Below are positions 23,375-36,899 of a stretch of DNA of 64,000 bases, piece by piece. The notes beneath the pieces are model-generated. The model was not told the DNA's origin, searched no databases, and saw only the letters and a list, made by a program, of their open reading frames with translations. The translations under genes and the position numbers were made by a program. Each line of letters starts with the position of its first letter. Within the stretch, counting starts at the first letter, position 1. The DNA is from Phyllosticta citribraziliensis (taxonomy: Eukaryota): positions 186,001-250,000 of the forward strand of contig NW_027117352.1 of the NCBI RefSeq assembly GCF_038025025.1, read 5' to 3'.

Positions 23375-26300
23375 ATGTCGTCAAGAAAGATTTTTCCTTG
23401 GACAAGAAGGGAGCGGAGGAACGCCCTCAGATCCTACCGCGTCGATGGCTTAATACCAGTGGCCATGTACGAGCCGCACTCTGGCCGAGCAAGAGCAATT
23501 CGAAAACGAAAGGTAAGCAAGTCGAGGCCGCGCGTCAGATCAGAGAGAGGAGCCTGCGGTTAGCTTGGTAGTCCGTGGAGAGCCGTCGCGTTGGCGCGCA
23601 ACGTGCGTTTTGAGAACGGCTCCATTTTCTGAAACCACCGGACGCGGGAGCATGTCATCTCTCATTGACAACACCAAATAGAAGAGCCACCGGCCAAAGC
23701 CTCATAACATTGCCATTCCTTCACCGCGAACCTCGTTCGCATCATGTTTCGCTCCTCCCTCGGTGCTGCACGATGCTGCGCTGACCTCCGTCTCGTCCGC
23801 CTCACACCTCTTCGCCGCCGCCGCCACTGACATGTTGCGCTCTCCCAACCTCAACAATGTTGTTCCGCCCCAATCCGTACAGACTCTTCCCTCGACCCAG
23901 TATCGCGCCAACGCCACCCCGTCGCTCCCTGGTATCGCAGAGCTGCCTGGCTCGCTGCTCCAGGAAAACCAAGGCTTCCCGGGGGACGGCGACTCCCAGG
24001 ATGAAAATAGACCGACTGTAACAGAAAGCGCGGGGAGTCCACGTCTCCAAGGCCAAGAGCCGGATTTGGCAACACGGCTAGCCGCGGCGCGCAAACGGTG
24101 CCTAACCGTAAACACTGCCGCTATGCCAACAGACGCAATGAGCCCCGGTCTGAGCACCGGCGGCACCCAGGCTTCCAGAATGTCTCGTCGGAGTGGCGAC
24201 TCGAGATCTGCTAGTTACCGGAGCAGCGATTTCATGGGACGAAGGGGCATCCATAGCGACAACAGCTCCATGTTTTTCATGCCCTTGACAGAAATAACAG
24301 AAGGATCGAGTGTTTATGGAGGCTCCGAGGGGTGCAGCACACCCTCCAAAGTAAGCAGCCACAAATCTTCCATCACGTGCTTCTACTACCATGGAGACCT
24401 CCGTCGAGACTTGTTCCTCTTTCAAAGTAAAGCTGACAGGGTCGGCGCAGACTTCCAATGACCCTGAGGCGCCTGCTTCCGAGAATTTGCAGGAGACCGT
24501 CCTCGCAAGAAACAAGACCATCTTCAACCTGAGGTCTCAGTTTGTCAATTTGCGCAAGTCTCACAAGGCGCACATTCGGACTCTGGTCGATGCGCATACC
24601 AAAGACATTGAGGCTATGAAAAGTTATATCGATTTCTTGGAAAGCACACGTGGAAAATGTGAGAGCCTTCTCCCCACTGGCGCGAAACTGCTAATGCGCC
24701 CAGCAGCACCAGACCAGGACCAAGATGGAGAAAAGAGCGTTTCCAAGCCGGTCACAGCGGACCCGCCTCAATTGCCACCGTTCAGCGCATCCTCGATAGC
24801 CCCACGTACACCTGCCAAAGATGGCGACTCGAAAATGAATGACGATGATAGAGATTCTGCCGAATCAGCCAAAGATTTTGAAGAATTGGCCAAGGTCAAA
24901 AAATCGCTCTATCACGCAAATTGCCAGATCCAGGCCATGAAGGAGCAAATGGAAGATTTGGTTGCCAAGAAGGACTCGTACAAGGAAAGAGCTGTGGACT
25001 TTGAAGTAAGAGTGCGGAACAACCAGGAGATCATTGTCGATCTGCGCGACACGGAATACAAGCAGGAGTCGGAAAACAGAAGACTGCAGGACAAGCAAAA
25101 GAAGCTCAAAGAGCAACTGGAAACTCTGCAGAAGCAACACCAAGAGCACATCAAGAATCTTGTACAGGAGAACGAGTCTGCCAAGCACTACGCCGAACTG
25201 CTATCCGACCAACTGAAGAGCAGAAAGGGACCCAACGACACCAAGACGACCGTTGCCGAATTGCTTACCATGGTCGAAAGCTTGAACAAAGCGCTGAGAG
25301 AAAAGAACACCCGCATCCAGGAGCTTGAACGCCAGAACCGCGCGCTGCAACTCGATCACGACGAAATGGAGCACAAGCACGCTGCCTACGTTGCTAGACA
25401 CGACGAGGCACTTGCTCGCGAGACGAAAAAGAGACGCAAGCAGATTGAAAAGGCCAAGGAGGCAGAAACTCAAATTTCAGGCCTCAAGATGCTTGTTGAG
25501 GAACAGGGCAAGGAGCTGCAATCTGTGCAAGCAGAATACGAGCGCCTGCGAAAATTGCTGCATGCGGAATTGAGAAATCAGGCCAAGGATGCACTTTCAA
25601 GAGGCTTCATCGCCAGCAAACCATCAAACAACGACGAGTACTTCGAGCAAATTCTCAAAGATACTCGGAAACGCGTGCAAGACTTGATTGCCCAAGAGTC
25701 GCAGGCCAAGTCTTACGAGCCGGCATTCAATCCATACGAACGCGTCGAGCAATTGGAAAAGGAGATTGAGTTTCATGTCCGCGACCTTATTCACTTCAAG
25801 CGAGAAGCACGAGGCTTCAAAAAGGAAGTCAAACGCGCAAACAGCAAAATTTCTGATCTCAGCACTAGTCTGATGGCATTTTCTGCGGAGCCGTCTCCCG
25901 CCTCGGCCTTGTCAGCACCAACTAAACAGTTCCTTCTCAAGGACTCTCCAGATCGACGCCCAAACGGCCTGGGCATCTCTGGCCCTGCTAAATCTGCCGA
26001 TTCGCCCGAGGTCTTCCGATTTCCGGCTTCGACTCAGACCATCACTGCTCCGCCCACTATGCGTGGTGTCCCGCATTCTGCACCCTTACCACCACTACCA
26101 CCGACCCCCTCGGCATCTACGTTTGGGTCACTGAACCGCTCACACAGCAACAGGCAGCTGCGTGGAGAAATTCCGGTTCAGTACACCCCGGCCCCGGCAC
26201 CTCCTCCCATGGCTCCGCCTCCCAAACCTCCGAAGCTCCATCGTCCAGACTCGGAGACGCTGCCCGCTCCTTTCCTGCAGCAGATTCCCCGGACAAAACG

Positions 26301-27318
26301 ACAACCAAAGAAACATAAACCACCAGCTCTCTCCATTACTGCACCGCCCTCTTCACAATCGGAAAACACGAGGACGACGCCGTCGCCATCTACATACTCG
26401 ATACCTACAGAGCACAAGCCGACACCTCCGCTGCCCTCAGCCACTCTGGCTCCCCCCAAGTCTCCATCAGGTCCCCTTCACAGGAGAACACCGTCGGAAC
26501 GCTCCTTTGGTCTCCTCTCTCCATCCAGCTCACAACCTGCGCCGCCTTACACTTCGGCTGCAGCATCTGACAAGCCGAGTGCTTCTCCGTCTCCCTCCGG
26601 AGTCACCATAATGCCCAGTCCGCCTCCGCCTCCACCGAAGAATAAAATTATCCATGCGCCCTTGTCACTCTATTTGACGGCGCCAGCCCACATGTCGACA
26701 CTCGACACGATCCGCTCAGACTCGACCGTCGATGGCATGTCGTTGGCCGACGGCGACGAAAACGAAGACGAAGACCAGCCTCTGCTCAAGCCGGGCAATC
26801 CGGAAGTGTTGCAGAGGAGCATGACAGCCAGCATCATATCAGGCTCTGACGAGGCTTCTGGCAGCATGATCGGCGTGGCACTGGGCGGCGAAGAGCACGC
26901 ACGTTACGAGCGCGCGCCGCGGGACGAGCGACGCCACGGGCTGCTCCCTGTCAACAGGGACGAACACGCGTTCGAGAGCGCGCGCGAGAGCCGCGTCCGC
27001 GAGAGCTGGGCGCGCGAGGCCGTCGAAGCGCTCATGGCCGACGTGCTGGCGCGCGTCGAGGAAAACGACCGCGTCGAGCGCCAAAAGAGCCAGCGCAGCC
27101 AGCGGGGCCGCGGCGACGCTGCTGGCGCGGACACGGACCAGCGTGGTCCAAGAGACAAGTCGCTGCCCGGCGGGCCGGACGACGAGGATGGCGACGGCAT
27201 CGGCAGGACGCTCCGGCGCCTGGGTCGGCGGCGCGGCATCGACGTCGAGGGCCTGCTGAGCCGCTACAGCAGGAAGGGCGTCGTGATGCAGGGCAAGGGC
27301 GAGGTGACGCAGTTCTAG
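23375..27318 (+). CDS. Large coiled-coil plus proline-rich protein of unknown function, 3 exons
   Basis: Phase-0 introns at ~23513-23681 (GTAAGC..TAG) and ~24351-24450 (GTAAGC..GCTGAC..CAG) join ORFs 23270, 23763 and 24391; long E/K/Q/L heptad-like stretch followed by PPPP-rich disordered region. Confidence 0.8.
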
Positions 27319-29347
27319 AGACGACACGCGGGTGAGCTGAATTCGACGTGGGTACGATTTTTTGTTTCTGCATCTTTCCGCCCATCATCTTGCATACATC
27401 TCCTCGCATCATCATAGCGCGCGAGCATTTACCGCGCGCATACCAGCAAGCAAGCATGCATGCACGCACTTGATACCACCTCTGTCTTCCTTATACCATC
27501 AGCTGCATTACGTCCCTTCCAGTCTCTCTTTCCCCACCTTTTTTCCGCCTCCTTTTCTTTATGTTTCTCTCCTTTCTGTCGTTGCATGGCGCGGAGCCTC
27601 GTTTTCTCGTACACACGCTGCATTCGGAATTGACGGCTCAACTGAAGGGCGCAACGAGGGAAGAAGAGATCGCGCGGCGCAATGGGTGTTCGTGCTGGCG
27701 AGGCAAGACGACGCGTAACAGCACTCGGCATTCGGGTCGGCGGGCGGCGTGGGCATTTCTGCATCCCATATTACTTAGATACTCCTCCATATCTCCTCCC
27801 TATTGTATTATTGCTAATGTATATCAATATTATCTGCGGGAGAGAACGCGTTTCTCTTTCCGTGCTTCCATCAACTGACCTGTCTGCTTTTTCAGTTTTA
27901 ATCTTGTTTGTGTCTGCTTCTTTGCGCCTGTTTCTTCGGTGCTGGAAAGGTGTCGGAGTTGTGGCACGGAGACGAGCAACGTGGAGTCGCGTGGCGGGGG
28001 ATCCTCGTCGGAAAACGTGGGTCAGGCGGCCCGGCCCGTACTGTAGCGTGCGCTTTGTCTGACTCGTGAGCTTTGGTGTTTGCTAGAAGGAAACCTGGCG
28101 GCGTCATGATCCGCCGCTCATCATGTTGCGTCTGATATCCAGAGCGCAGTGGAAGTCAGGCTGAGAAGGTCTGTTTGCAGCTACAGAGACGGTACTATTA
28201 CATACAGCCTTTGGTGAGTATGAGCCCTCACTTACTGTCAAAGCAAGTTGGTTGCTTCGAAGACGATGAATCGCTGACGAAAAGTTTCAGTTCGAGGAGA
28301 TTGAGCCTTGCGCTTCCGACCTCTTCAAACGGAGTGTGTGGCTCTGCTGAACAAGCTCCGTTGATTGATCCTCACATTGGCTGCTGCCTGAGGGATTTGT
28401 GGGTTGCCAGCGCGTTGGGCACCGCTCGCATGCGAATACCTGAGCCACAATCCGCCTCCTGCATGGAAATGATGTCAAAGTGTCAAAATCACACTGCAAT
28501 GGAGGAGGACAAGAGCAAATTCTGTTTCGGGAAATATTTTTGACGCAGCGAAAGGTTCAATTTGTGGTACGAAAATTGGAGCGAACCTTCTTGGGAATGC
28601 CAAAGTCGCTTGCAAAGGGCTGAAGCGGATCACTTGACAGATTAACTGCTAAATGGGCTCCTGGCACTTTGGGAAGTTGCACAGAAAAGGCCGCAGGCGC
28701 AAATTTTGACCATGGTCCTCTCCCCTGAAGGTCATAAATTGCCAGCCTTTTGCACGTTGCTCTCAGAAAAAAGTGGGGAAACCAGCGGGGCGGAGCAAGA
28801 GTGCAAGCTGTAGCAGAACAGCCGAATGGTCAGGGTTGTGTTCCTGATAAGCCATGAACGCCCACACTTTGCAACGGGCAAATCAGTTTCTTTTGGTCTC
28901 TGCAAGCAGGCCTGACAGGATTCGCAAGTCTCCTGCATGATTACGGGGAGTGGAGAATCACCAAGCTTGCGCGTACGTCTCTGATGGGCTGTGCAAGCCG
29001 ATTCTATAAGATTGGACACCTGCACTGAACCACCTCTTCTTCTGAATTCTCGCCTTTTTTGGTTTGCATTTTACTCATCAGAATTCGACTCAAAACATCA
29101 CGTTCCACCGGAGCCGAACTTCGGGCGATAGTAAGGCTTTGAATCGAATCAAAAAAGCATCACACTAAATTCTTTCACAGCCAGCGGCCTCCAATCTACA
29201 TCCCCAGAAACGCCAGCCTCTACCCCGGTCGTTTCTCTCCCAACAGGCCACTGCAGTTGATGTTTTCGCTGCGTCTAATTATTCAAAACCACCTCAGCTT
29301 ACAACTTTGACACAAAATTTCCTCAAGAGTCGACGTTCACCATCTAC

Positions 29348-30184
29348 ATGGACATGGACTGTACGATAGGATGCCATAGCGGAACCCGATACAACCCAAA
29401 TACTCATTGGCAACAGGTCTTTGCACGCGCAAGTCGCATACTCCCCATGGCTCCAGCTTGTCCAAAGAAGCCATCATCGCGATTGTAGGAGTTGTACTTG
29501 GGGTTCTCGTTCCAATTTGTGGGCTCATTGTCAAGCGACTGCTGTTTCGGAACGCTGCAAAGACACCCGCCGCAGACATCAGCGTTGAAGACCGAGGTGG
29601 GGGTAAGAGCCATCTCAAGAGCCGATACGACTTCTTGAGCCAGGAATGAGAACGAGTACAACGTACTGATTTTTCAAGGACTTGGTTACGCAAACTCGGT
29701 ACCCGCCAACGCTGAACATGGCAACGAAAGCAACATGACGATCATGGCCAATACCAGCCTTCGCAACTCGAATGCGCACAACGTGCAATGGACACGACCG
29801 AGCAACTACCACGGAATATCCAACGGAGGGCGGCCGCCCTCCGTTGATGATGGTCCCCTCCGCGGAATTCTCCTGGACAGTGCTGATGGTAGCAGATCCG
29901 TGCTGGACGACCCAAACGCGTCTGACGTTGTTCGACCTCGGAAGCCTGATGATCAAAAGACACTGGCCAGCATTGGCAACGCTAAAGACGACAAAGGAAC
30001 GGCAAACAGATCTATCTGTCAGTCTCGACCAGAGGCAAATCGTCAGTCCAAGTCGTCCCTTGGACTCCAAATGGACCGGAATCCCCCCGTTGTCGGCATA
30101 GCATCTGTCCCTGCAAGCCAGCTACCTCAGGATGTTCCCGCCGACTCTTCCACCAACATTCCGGACAACCACACCAGGATTTGA
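29348..30184 (+). CDS. SxEA-TM small single-pass membrane protein, copy F (~234 aa, 3 exons)
   Basis: Exons 29348-29360, 29417-29602, 29679-30184; phase-1 introns GTACGA..CAG and GTAAGA..CTGAT..AAG. MDMDCLCTRKSHTPHGSSLSKEAIIAIVGVVLGVLVPICGLIVKR...; exon 3 continues into ORF 29735-30184. Confidence 0.75.
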
Positions 30185-31670
30185 ACTCCGGGACAAGGCC
30201 TCAAGTTTCCAAGGATGTTGCCGGACTTTCCACGGACGCCCTGGACGTAGTGTCGCGCGCGGTTCTCTTGTGTCCCAAGAGAAGGCGTGGATTTCCTGTC
30301 GTCCTGGTTGCCACAGTGCACCTTCTTCCGGTGTGCTGTTTCATTTCGTTGGGGTCTACTTTCTGTCTCTTTCGATTGATGTTCCCATGTACACTTTCCT
30401 TTATTGCTGTAAAGGTCGCGGGCAAGTCTAGAAGGCTATTCTTGTGGAGTCGTAGCGTTGAGCAACACGGCGTGCTCAATGCGATTTGGGTCTCTCAAAA
30501 TCCACTGGAAGTGTATGCGAGTGGCTTCATGGACGACGCTTTCACTGTCTTTATTGTTGTTCAACTCAGGGTTGAGTTGAGTTACCGCTGTAGTCGTCCT
30601 CCAATGAACCGCTCAAATGCACACCTGACAAATGACGCAGGACAGAATGTCATATCTGCGCGGCCGTGGACCATGCTGGTTGATAGACCTCTCAGCTATC
30701 CGTAAAGTGACGGACAAGACCACCAAAAAGATGCTTCAACGAACCGTGTCACGGCCGAATCCAGGGGAATAAGAGTTGCACTGACGGTGATGGATGATAG
30801 TGATGACTGGCGGGTGTGAAGATGGTTTCGCTAAACGGGGTCGTGGTTTCTAGAAGAAAGTGATGGAAGGAATTTTCCGGTCAAGTTTGGACGTCGTCAT
30901 CTCCCTGAATCCAGGAAGGTTCGCAACGGACATTGATTGAACAATTTGAGATTTTGTTCCATGATGACTGAGTGGAAAGCGAAATATACCTATAGATACC
31001 ACGCAGCCTCAATAAGAGCCAAACCACCGAGCCCAAGTTGGTGACTTCAGCGCTTCCAGCTGGTGCTCCAAATAGCAGCAAAGAAGCAGCGTAGGTGCAC
31101 TCAGATACTCCTAAATCCATTATGACGTGGTGTGAGAGGCCACCGGAGCAACAAGCTCGCTCCCCGCCAAGATATTGCTGCGTGCGTGGCAAAAAAGGCT
31201 GGATGCTGCCGCTCGGAGCCGAGGCGTTGAATTGTGGCGCACAAAAAATTGTAGGTGTGAATCGTTGCGCGCCTGTGAGTACTTCAGCGTCTGGCTTGCA
31301 GAAGAGAGGAATGCGGCGCTGGTTGTCTATAGGCAGCAACGCCAACCGCTAAGAGGTAGATCAGCCGATAAGCTGGGAGGTATGATGCGAATTTGATAGG
31401 CCGGTTACTTGCAGCCGAACGGGATGGGTCCTTAAGTAGACGGCCGAAACAGGCCCAGTCCAATGGACGCGCAGTCAGCAACGTCGACGTGCATGCATCG
31501 ACTTGACATGTATGCATCGCGTCGCGTCGATGTGCATGCAACAGTAGCCTTCCATTTCATCCTTTCAGGTGCTCATCATGGTAGGAGAAGTCTCTGTCTT
31601 TATGTCTCTGACCATCCTTTAAATCGTAGTTACCCGCACGAGTAGAAGACGCAATACTTCAGTTCCGCTA

Positions 31671-31696
31671 CTCTCTCTCTCTCTCTCTCTCTCTCT
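31671..31696. repeat. (CT)13 microsatellite just upstream of copy G
   Basis: Read directly from the sequence. Confidence 0.95.
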
Positions 31697-31742
31697 CCAC
31701 ATTGAAAGTGTTTCCTCGCGCAGTCCCCTGGCATATGAAAAC

Positions 31743-32113
31743 ATGAACTGTACATCACCCAAAGCCCTCGTACTTAATCCTCAACTGACAAAGCACAGCC
31801 ACAACGTACACACCGGTCTTCGCTTTACCTCAACACTCAGAGCTGTCAACTGAAGCCATCATCTCCATCGTTGGCGTAGCCGTCACAGTCATAATACCAA
31901 TCACCGGCCTCCTACTACGTCCCGTAGTATCCCGGATACTGTCGAAATGTTGGATCCAGAATACCATCACCACTGAAGACACAGATCTTGGTCAGTTCCT
32001 TCGCATCTCCAATGTCCCAGGACTGTAAACTGACGATGATAGAGCTTGGAACGCCGCGCCCAGAAACGACCGAAACTCAGCGTGGCAGTATCGACGAAAG
32101 ACGGACTATATGA
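31743..32113 (+). CDS. SxEA-TM small single-pass membrane protein, copy G (~89 aa, 3 exons; absent from the ORF track)
   Basis: Exons 31743-31749 (ATGAACT), 31799-31990, 32043-32113; phase-1 introns GTACAT..CTGAC..CAG and GTCAGT..CTGAC..TAG. MNSTTYTPVFALPQHSELSTEAIISIVGVAVTVIIPITGLLLRPVV...TDL|ELGTP...RRTI*. Confidence 0.78.
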
Positions 32114-33587
32114 AGCTGCGACCCATCAGCCTCGGCGGCGTGTCCACATCGAGGGAAGAATGTGTCTGGTCTGTATCATTGCGGAGTTCGAGAGTGTCTA
32201 TATTGCATCAGCAATCCTTGTTCTCCGGCGCACATTTGTAGATATAGAGAGAACAGTGTACATTACCTTCACGAGTCAACAGACACCAAAGTTGACATCT
32301 CCTTTTCCGCTCCGATATTCTCACACCAAGTCTACTGCACAGCACGCGCATGAGCACCACAAGAAAACACTTCTCTCGAATGTGGTAGAGAGTTAAGAGG
32401 GAAAGTCGAATCATATTCCTATCTACCGTAACGCATCCACTTAAACTCCCCTCCCAACGCCAAAACACCTTGCCAGACAGGCCGAACACGACAAAGTTTC
32501 CTCACTTTCAAGCACTCCTTCTATCAGAAGCCTAGACACAACGACCCACGCCGCCAACGCAGACGCATTGTGAACAATCTGACAACAAGACCAAAAGAAC
32601 CAGATGAGCAGACAGAATCAATTGAGAAAACAAGGCACCGCGCACCCAACACTCCTATCCGCGCCGCCTCCGCGTCACGAAACAGGATAGAAAATACAGA
32701 AGAGCATTCTGCATCCGAGAAGCAGCTCAGCTGAGCGACTGAGAAGCAGATGGAAAGACAGACGGACAGACAGACAGACTTGCAAAATATCTCAGTGCGT
32801 GCCAGTACGCCACGCAATCTCGACAGGCACCTGCAGCAACGATTACCATCTAGCCTATCTACCTACCGACCCTGCCGCGCCAACGAGATGAGAGGGGTGC
32901 TTTTAGAGAAGAGCACGAAGGGTAGAAGGGAGGAAGAGTGGAGAGACGTGAGCAAAGCAAAGCAAAGCAGAGTTGAGCAACGCAGCAAGATCAAGAGAGA
33001 AGGGGCGAAGAAGAGGGGGACACGTCTGCACTATATGGGGGGCGAGAGGGCGAGAGGGGATAGGACTGCAAGAAAGCAAGCAAGAGCAAGAGCACGAGAG
33101 CCCAGTCCAGTCCAGGTGCTGGCCGGACGTAGAAGAGCAGTATAATCGAACTCGATCCATGTAGTAGAGCATAAAGTACAAAAAGCGGCAGGAAGGGTAG
33201 GGTATAGGCAGGTGGTGAATGTTCGAGCATAGGTATTTGTGCTCAACAAAGAAAAAGCCAGACCCAACCGGATAGAAAAGAAAGTGGAATATAAAACAAG
33301 GTGTGACCAGCCTGGGAAACATAAAGGGGTGTTTCCCAGGCTCACTCAAACCGTTCCAAGTTCTCCTGTCGCCGCGTCTCGTCATGCCGATAATTGCGCC
33401 ATTGGGCGCAGCACGTAAGGCGTATGAATTCATGTCCGAGGCCGACACTGGCCTTGTTAGATATTCGAAACCGGCTTGGCTGTCGAATCGCCTCGTGGGA
33501 GACGGAAGCACCATTTTACAAGCCCATGAGCGTCGAACGTGGACGGCATTTTCATTTAGCGCGTCAAAGACTTGTAGCCGCCCCTGA

Positions 33588-36416
33588 TCAGCGCCTGTAC
33601 TTGGCCAGCTGGGCCATAATCTCCTGCATGTCTGGCTTGCTCGCCGAAGGAACACCAGTCGTCTGCTGCTGCATCGGCGGCTGTTGAGGTGCTGAGCTAG
33701 GTTGTTGGCCACCGAGGTACGCCGCTAGCGCTGGATTGCCCTGCAAACTTGCAAATGGGTTGGCATTGGGTTGTGGAGGAGGGTGTTGTTGCCAGGCTTG
33801 CTGTTGCTGTGCGGGGTGGAAAGCTTGCGTTGGTGCGGCTTGAGGTTGACCAGGTTGCATCGCGCCGCCGAGGAGGCGCGAGAGGTCGGGCGTGATACCG
33901 GCTGACGTTGCTGCGGAAGGCTGTTGGCCTGGTTGTTGAATGGTTGCAAGAAGCTTCTGCAGGCTGTCGGAGTCCAGATTGCTGATCAGACTGGCGACGT
34001 CAGGAGCATGTCCACCAGGTGCAGGCTGTTGAGGCGCCCCAAAAGGCAAACTTGGCTGTCTGGGAGGCATTCCATACTGTGCAGGAGGCATGCCATAAGA
34101 CACCTGGTACGCAGGAGCTTGGGGTTGAGCTGCAACAGGTTGGTTTTGCTCTTTCGTGCGCTTGATGAGCTGTGCGCAGGTGACAATGTCGAGATTCTCG
34201 TACTCTGTGGTTTGTTAGTGGAAGCCTTTTGAAATGGGTCGAGTCGTCTACCTTCAAAAGTCACATTGGCTGCACCCGCGCTGCGATTGAAGACTTGTAG
34301 AGGAATCTTTCCGGTGATCGCACAAGGATTGGTGATGCGGGACACGGCGTGGACGCCTTCGAGGATTTGACGGCGGACAACGGCTGCCTCGTCAAGGCGA
34401 GGACTTAGGAGAAGTACGTCACAGCGGACGCCGTTCTCTTGGAAAGTACGCTCGACCCATGCGATGAAGCTTCTAGGTTTCGAAGTTAGCCAAGCGAATT
34501 CGTTCGCTTGTGAATCGCTGCCTGAGTAGTACCTGTCGATCTCCTGGGGTTGTAGCACGAGGATTTGAACGTCTGGAACGTCGCGAGGCAGGCGACGTGG
34601 GAGCGGGAGGTCGTCGTCGACGTCTCGACTCCGTGGCGAGGGGCTGCGGTATCTGCTGCCTCGTCCGTAGGGAGATCTTGATCTGCTTCTTCTGCGACCA
34701 TCATACCGATCCCTGCTCCTATCCCTGCCACCTCGGCGGTAGCCACGTGGTGAAGGCGAGCGGGCGCCGGGGCGGTAATCATCCCTGCCCCTGCGAAACT
34801 CGTCTCTGCGAGGCGAACCAGCGGGTCCGCCAGTCCCAGTGTAGCGGTCGACGTTGCGCGGTGCTGGGCCTGTGCCTCCACGTGAGTAGTCAGGAGAGCG
34901 GGACCGGCGTCTGGCACCATTGCGTAAGCTCGGCGTGTCGGAGTTCCGTGTACTTCTCTGGGGTTTGGAAATCTCGAGATCTGCTGCGAATCAGTGACCA
35001 TAGTCGCAGTCGTCAATCAACAAACTCACGAATTTTCCGGCCTCGCACAGGCTGACCCTGTTCAGCCTGGAGCGCTCCAAGGCATGCTTCGGCATCCAGG
35101 AATTGAACAAAACCGTAGGCCTGTTTGATGGAGATCTGTGCAAGCTTTCCGTGACGGTGGAAGAGGTGGAAGAGATCGCGCTTGGTGACCTTTTCGGTAG
35201 GTAGGTTGCCTGCATGGTCAGGTGGTCCACAACTGTCGGGCCTCTTGAGCAACCCACCTATGAATAGCCGTGAGTTTGGCGGAAATTTGTCCCACTGGCC
35301 TTCGGTCACGTAAACCCGTTCGTCTTGCAGAAATTCATCGTAGAGCTTTTGAACTTCTGGGCCCCAGGGCACATCGCTGTCATCTACCCCATCCTTGTCA
35401 TTGCGCCGGTCGACGGATTCGCGCTGGCGATACTTGGGGGTTGACGGGCTCGAGGTACGCTGGGACATGGCCGATGCTGGGTTTTGCTGGTAGCCGGTGG
35501 CGGGCAGGCCCGTTGCAGCCGTGCCCTGGGCACCCGAGGTCATCAAGGGGGGAAGTCCAGGTTGATTACGATAGGTGGAGGTCGAGTTCTTCTGCGCATG
35601 TGGATGGTAGGAGCGAATGTCTTCTCCGGGAGCGTAGTTCGGATGCGTTGCGGGTTTCTCTTGTGGCGGTGGGCGAGGTGGGAGATTGGGATTACCGGGC
35701 AGCGCAGACGTGGTGGGCGACTTGAGAGGAGCGCCGGCAGCTGAGGCAGCGGGGACTTGAGATTGGCTGACGGCGTGGGCAGCAGTAGGGTCGGGCGGTG
35801 CAGAGGCATTTGAAAGGTTGTCTAGCAACGCTTGGAAATCAACACCGCCATCATTCGAGGTGTTTTGCGTTGCTGTGCCGTTCGAAGGCTCTTGAGCAAT
35901 GCCGCCGTGGGGAACAGAGGCTTGATTGTGCGACGCCGTCGCATTGGGGTAGGGATCAAAGGGCTGGTACGAGGCAGCTTGACCTGCTTGGGAGGGCGCG
36001 AAAGCAGCGTCACTAGGCGCATCAGCTGGGATGTGGCTGGGTTGAGGTGCGAAGCTCTCGATTTTTGAGGTATCCTGATTATCCGCGCCCTGTCCGTCTT
36101 CAAATTCTAGTGACCGCGCATATTCATCGTCGGCGGCGTTCACGGGCGCCGGTGCTCCGCTCTGGTTGTGCTGGTGGTCGGCAGCATTGGGCTGGTCGGC
36201 GTACAGCGAGTCAGACGAAGAATGGTTGGAGACTTGGTCTTGGAGCGCATCATCGGGCGGGTAGTGGGTGGCTGTATCATTGAAGACGGGATCCATCTGT
36301 TTTTCAAGGACTGGTATGTTTGCAGGCGCAGGGTAGTGAATGGGCTTCGGAGAGACTGGAGTAAGGGTTTGGCCGCGAAATTCCTCTGGTTCTACAGGAG
36401 GGCTTCTGGTCGTCAT
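33588..36416 (-). CDS. NAB3: Nab3-like RRM RNA-binding protein, multi-exon, with Q/P-rich C-terminus
   Basis: WDKFPPNSRLFIG|NLPTEKVTKRDLFHLFHRHGKLAQISIKQAYGFVQF resembles the Nab3 RRM; R/D-rich segment; C-terminus MQEIMAQLAKYRR. Confidence 0.85.
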
Positions 36417-36899
36417 CAGGCAAAGAACTCTGAGCGGGCAGCCGCGAAGGGGGAGCTAGCCACGCGCAAAAGTCCGGGTAACGCGTTTCAACTCAAAGTC
36501 ATAGAAAGAGTGTGCGCCACGGGTGATGCTGAGAGAGGAAGTCGGTTGAGGGGAGTCGCGCTCAGGAAACGCCCGGTGAGCTGATGGTCAGAAGCTGCTG
36601 GTGAGGCAAGCAGGACTGAGGCCTTCGACGCGAGTGGGGCCAGAGCACGACAAGGCTGGCGGGAATGGGCGGCGATGCGAGCCGAGGGCGTTGACGCGGG
36701 TGACAAAAAGGCGTTGGGAATGGGTGTGGTGGTGAGAAGGAAGAAGTGCAGGACGGCGGGGGACGAGGAGGGTTGAAAAGTGGCCGCCCGGAGTAGCATC
36801 GGCACTGATCGGCCCGATGGCGCCGACCGCCGGCAGAACTGGAATGGACCTGACATCGAACCAAAAGGAAGCAGACCACGAGCAAACCAAGTCGACGCC

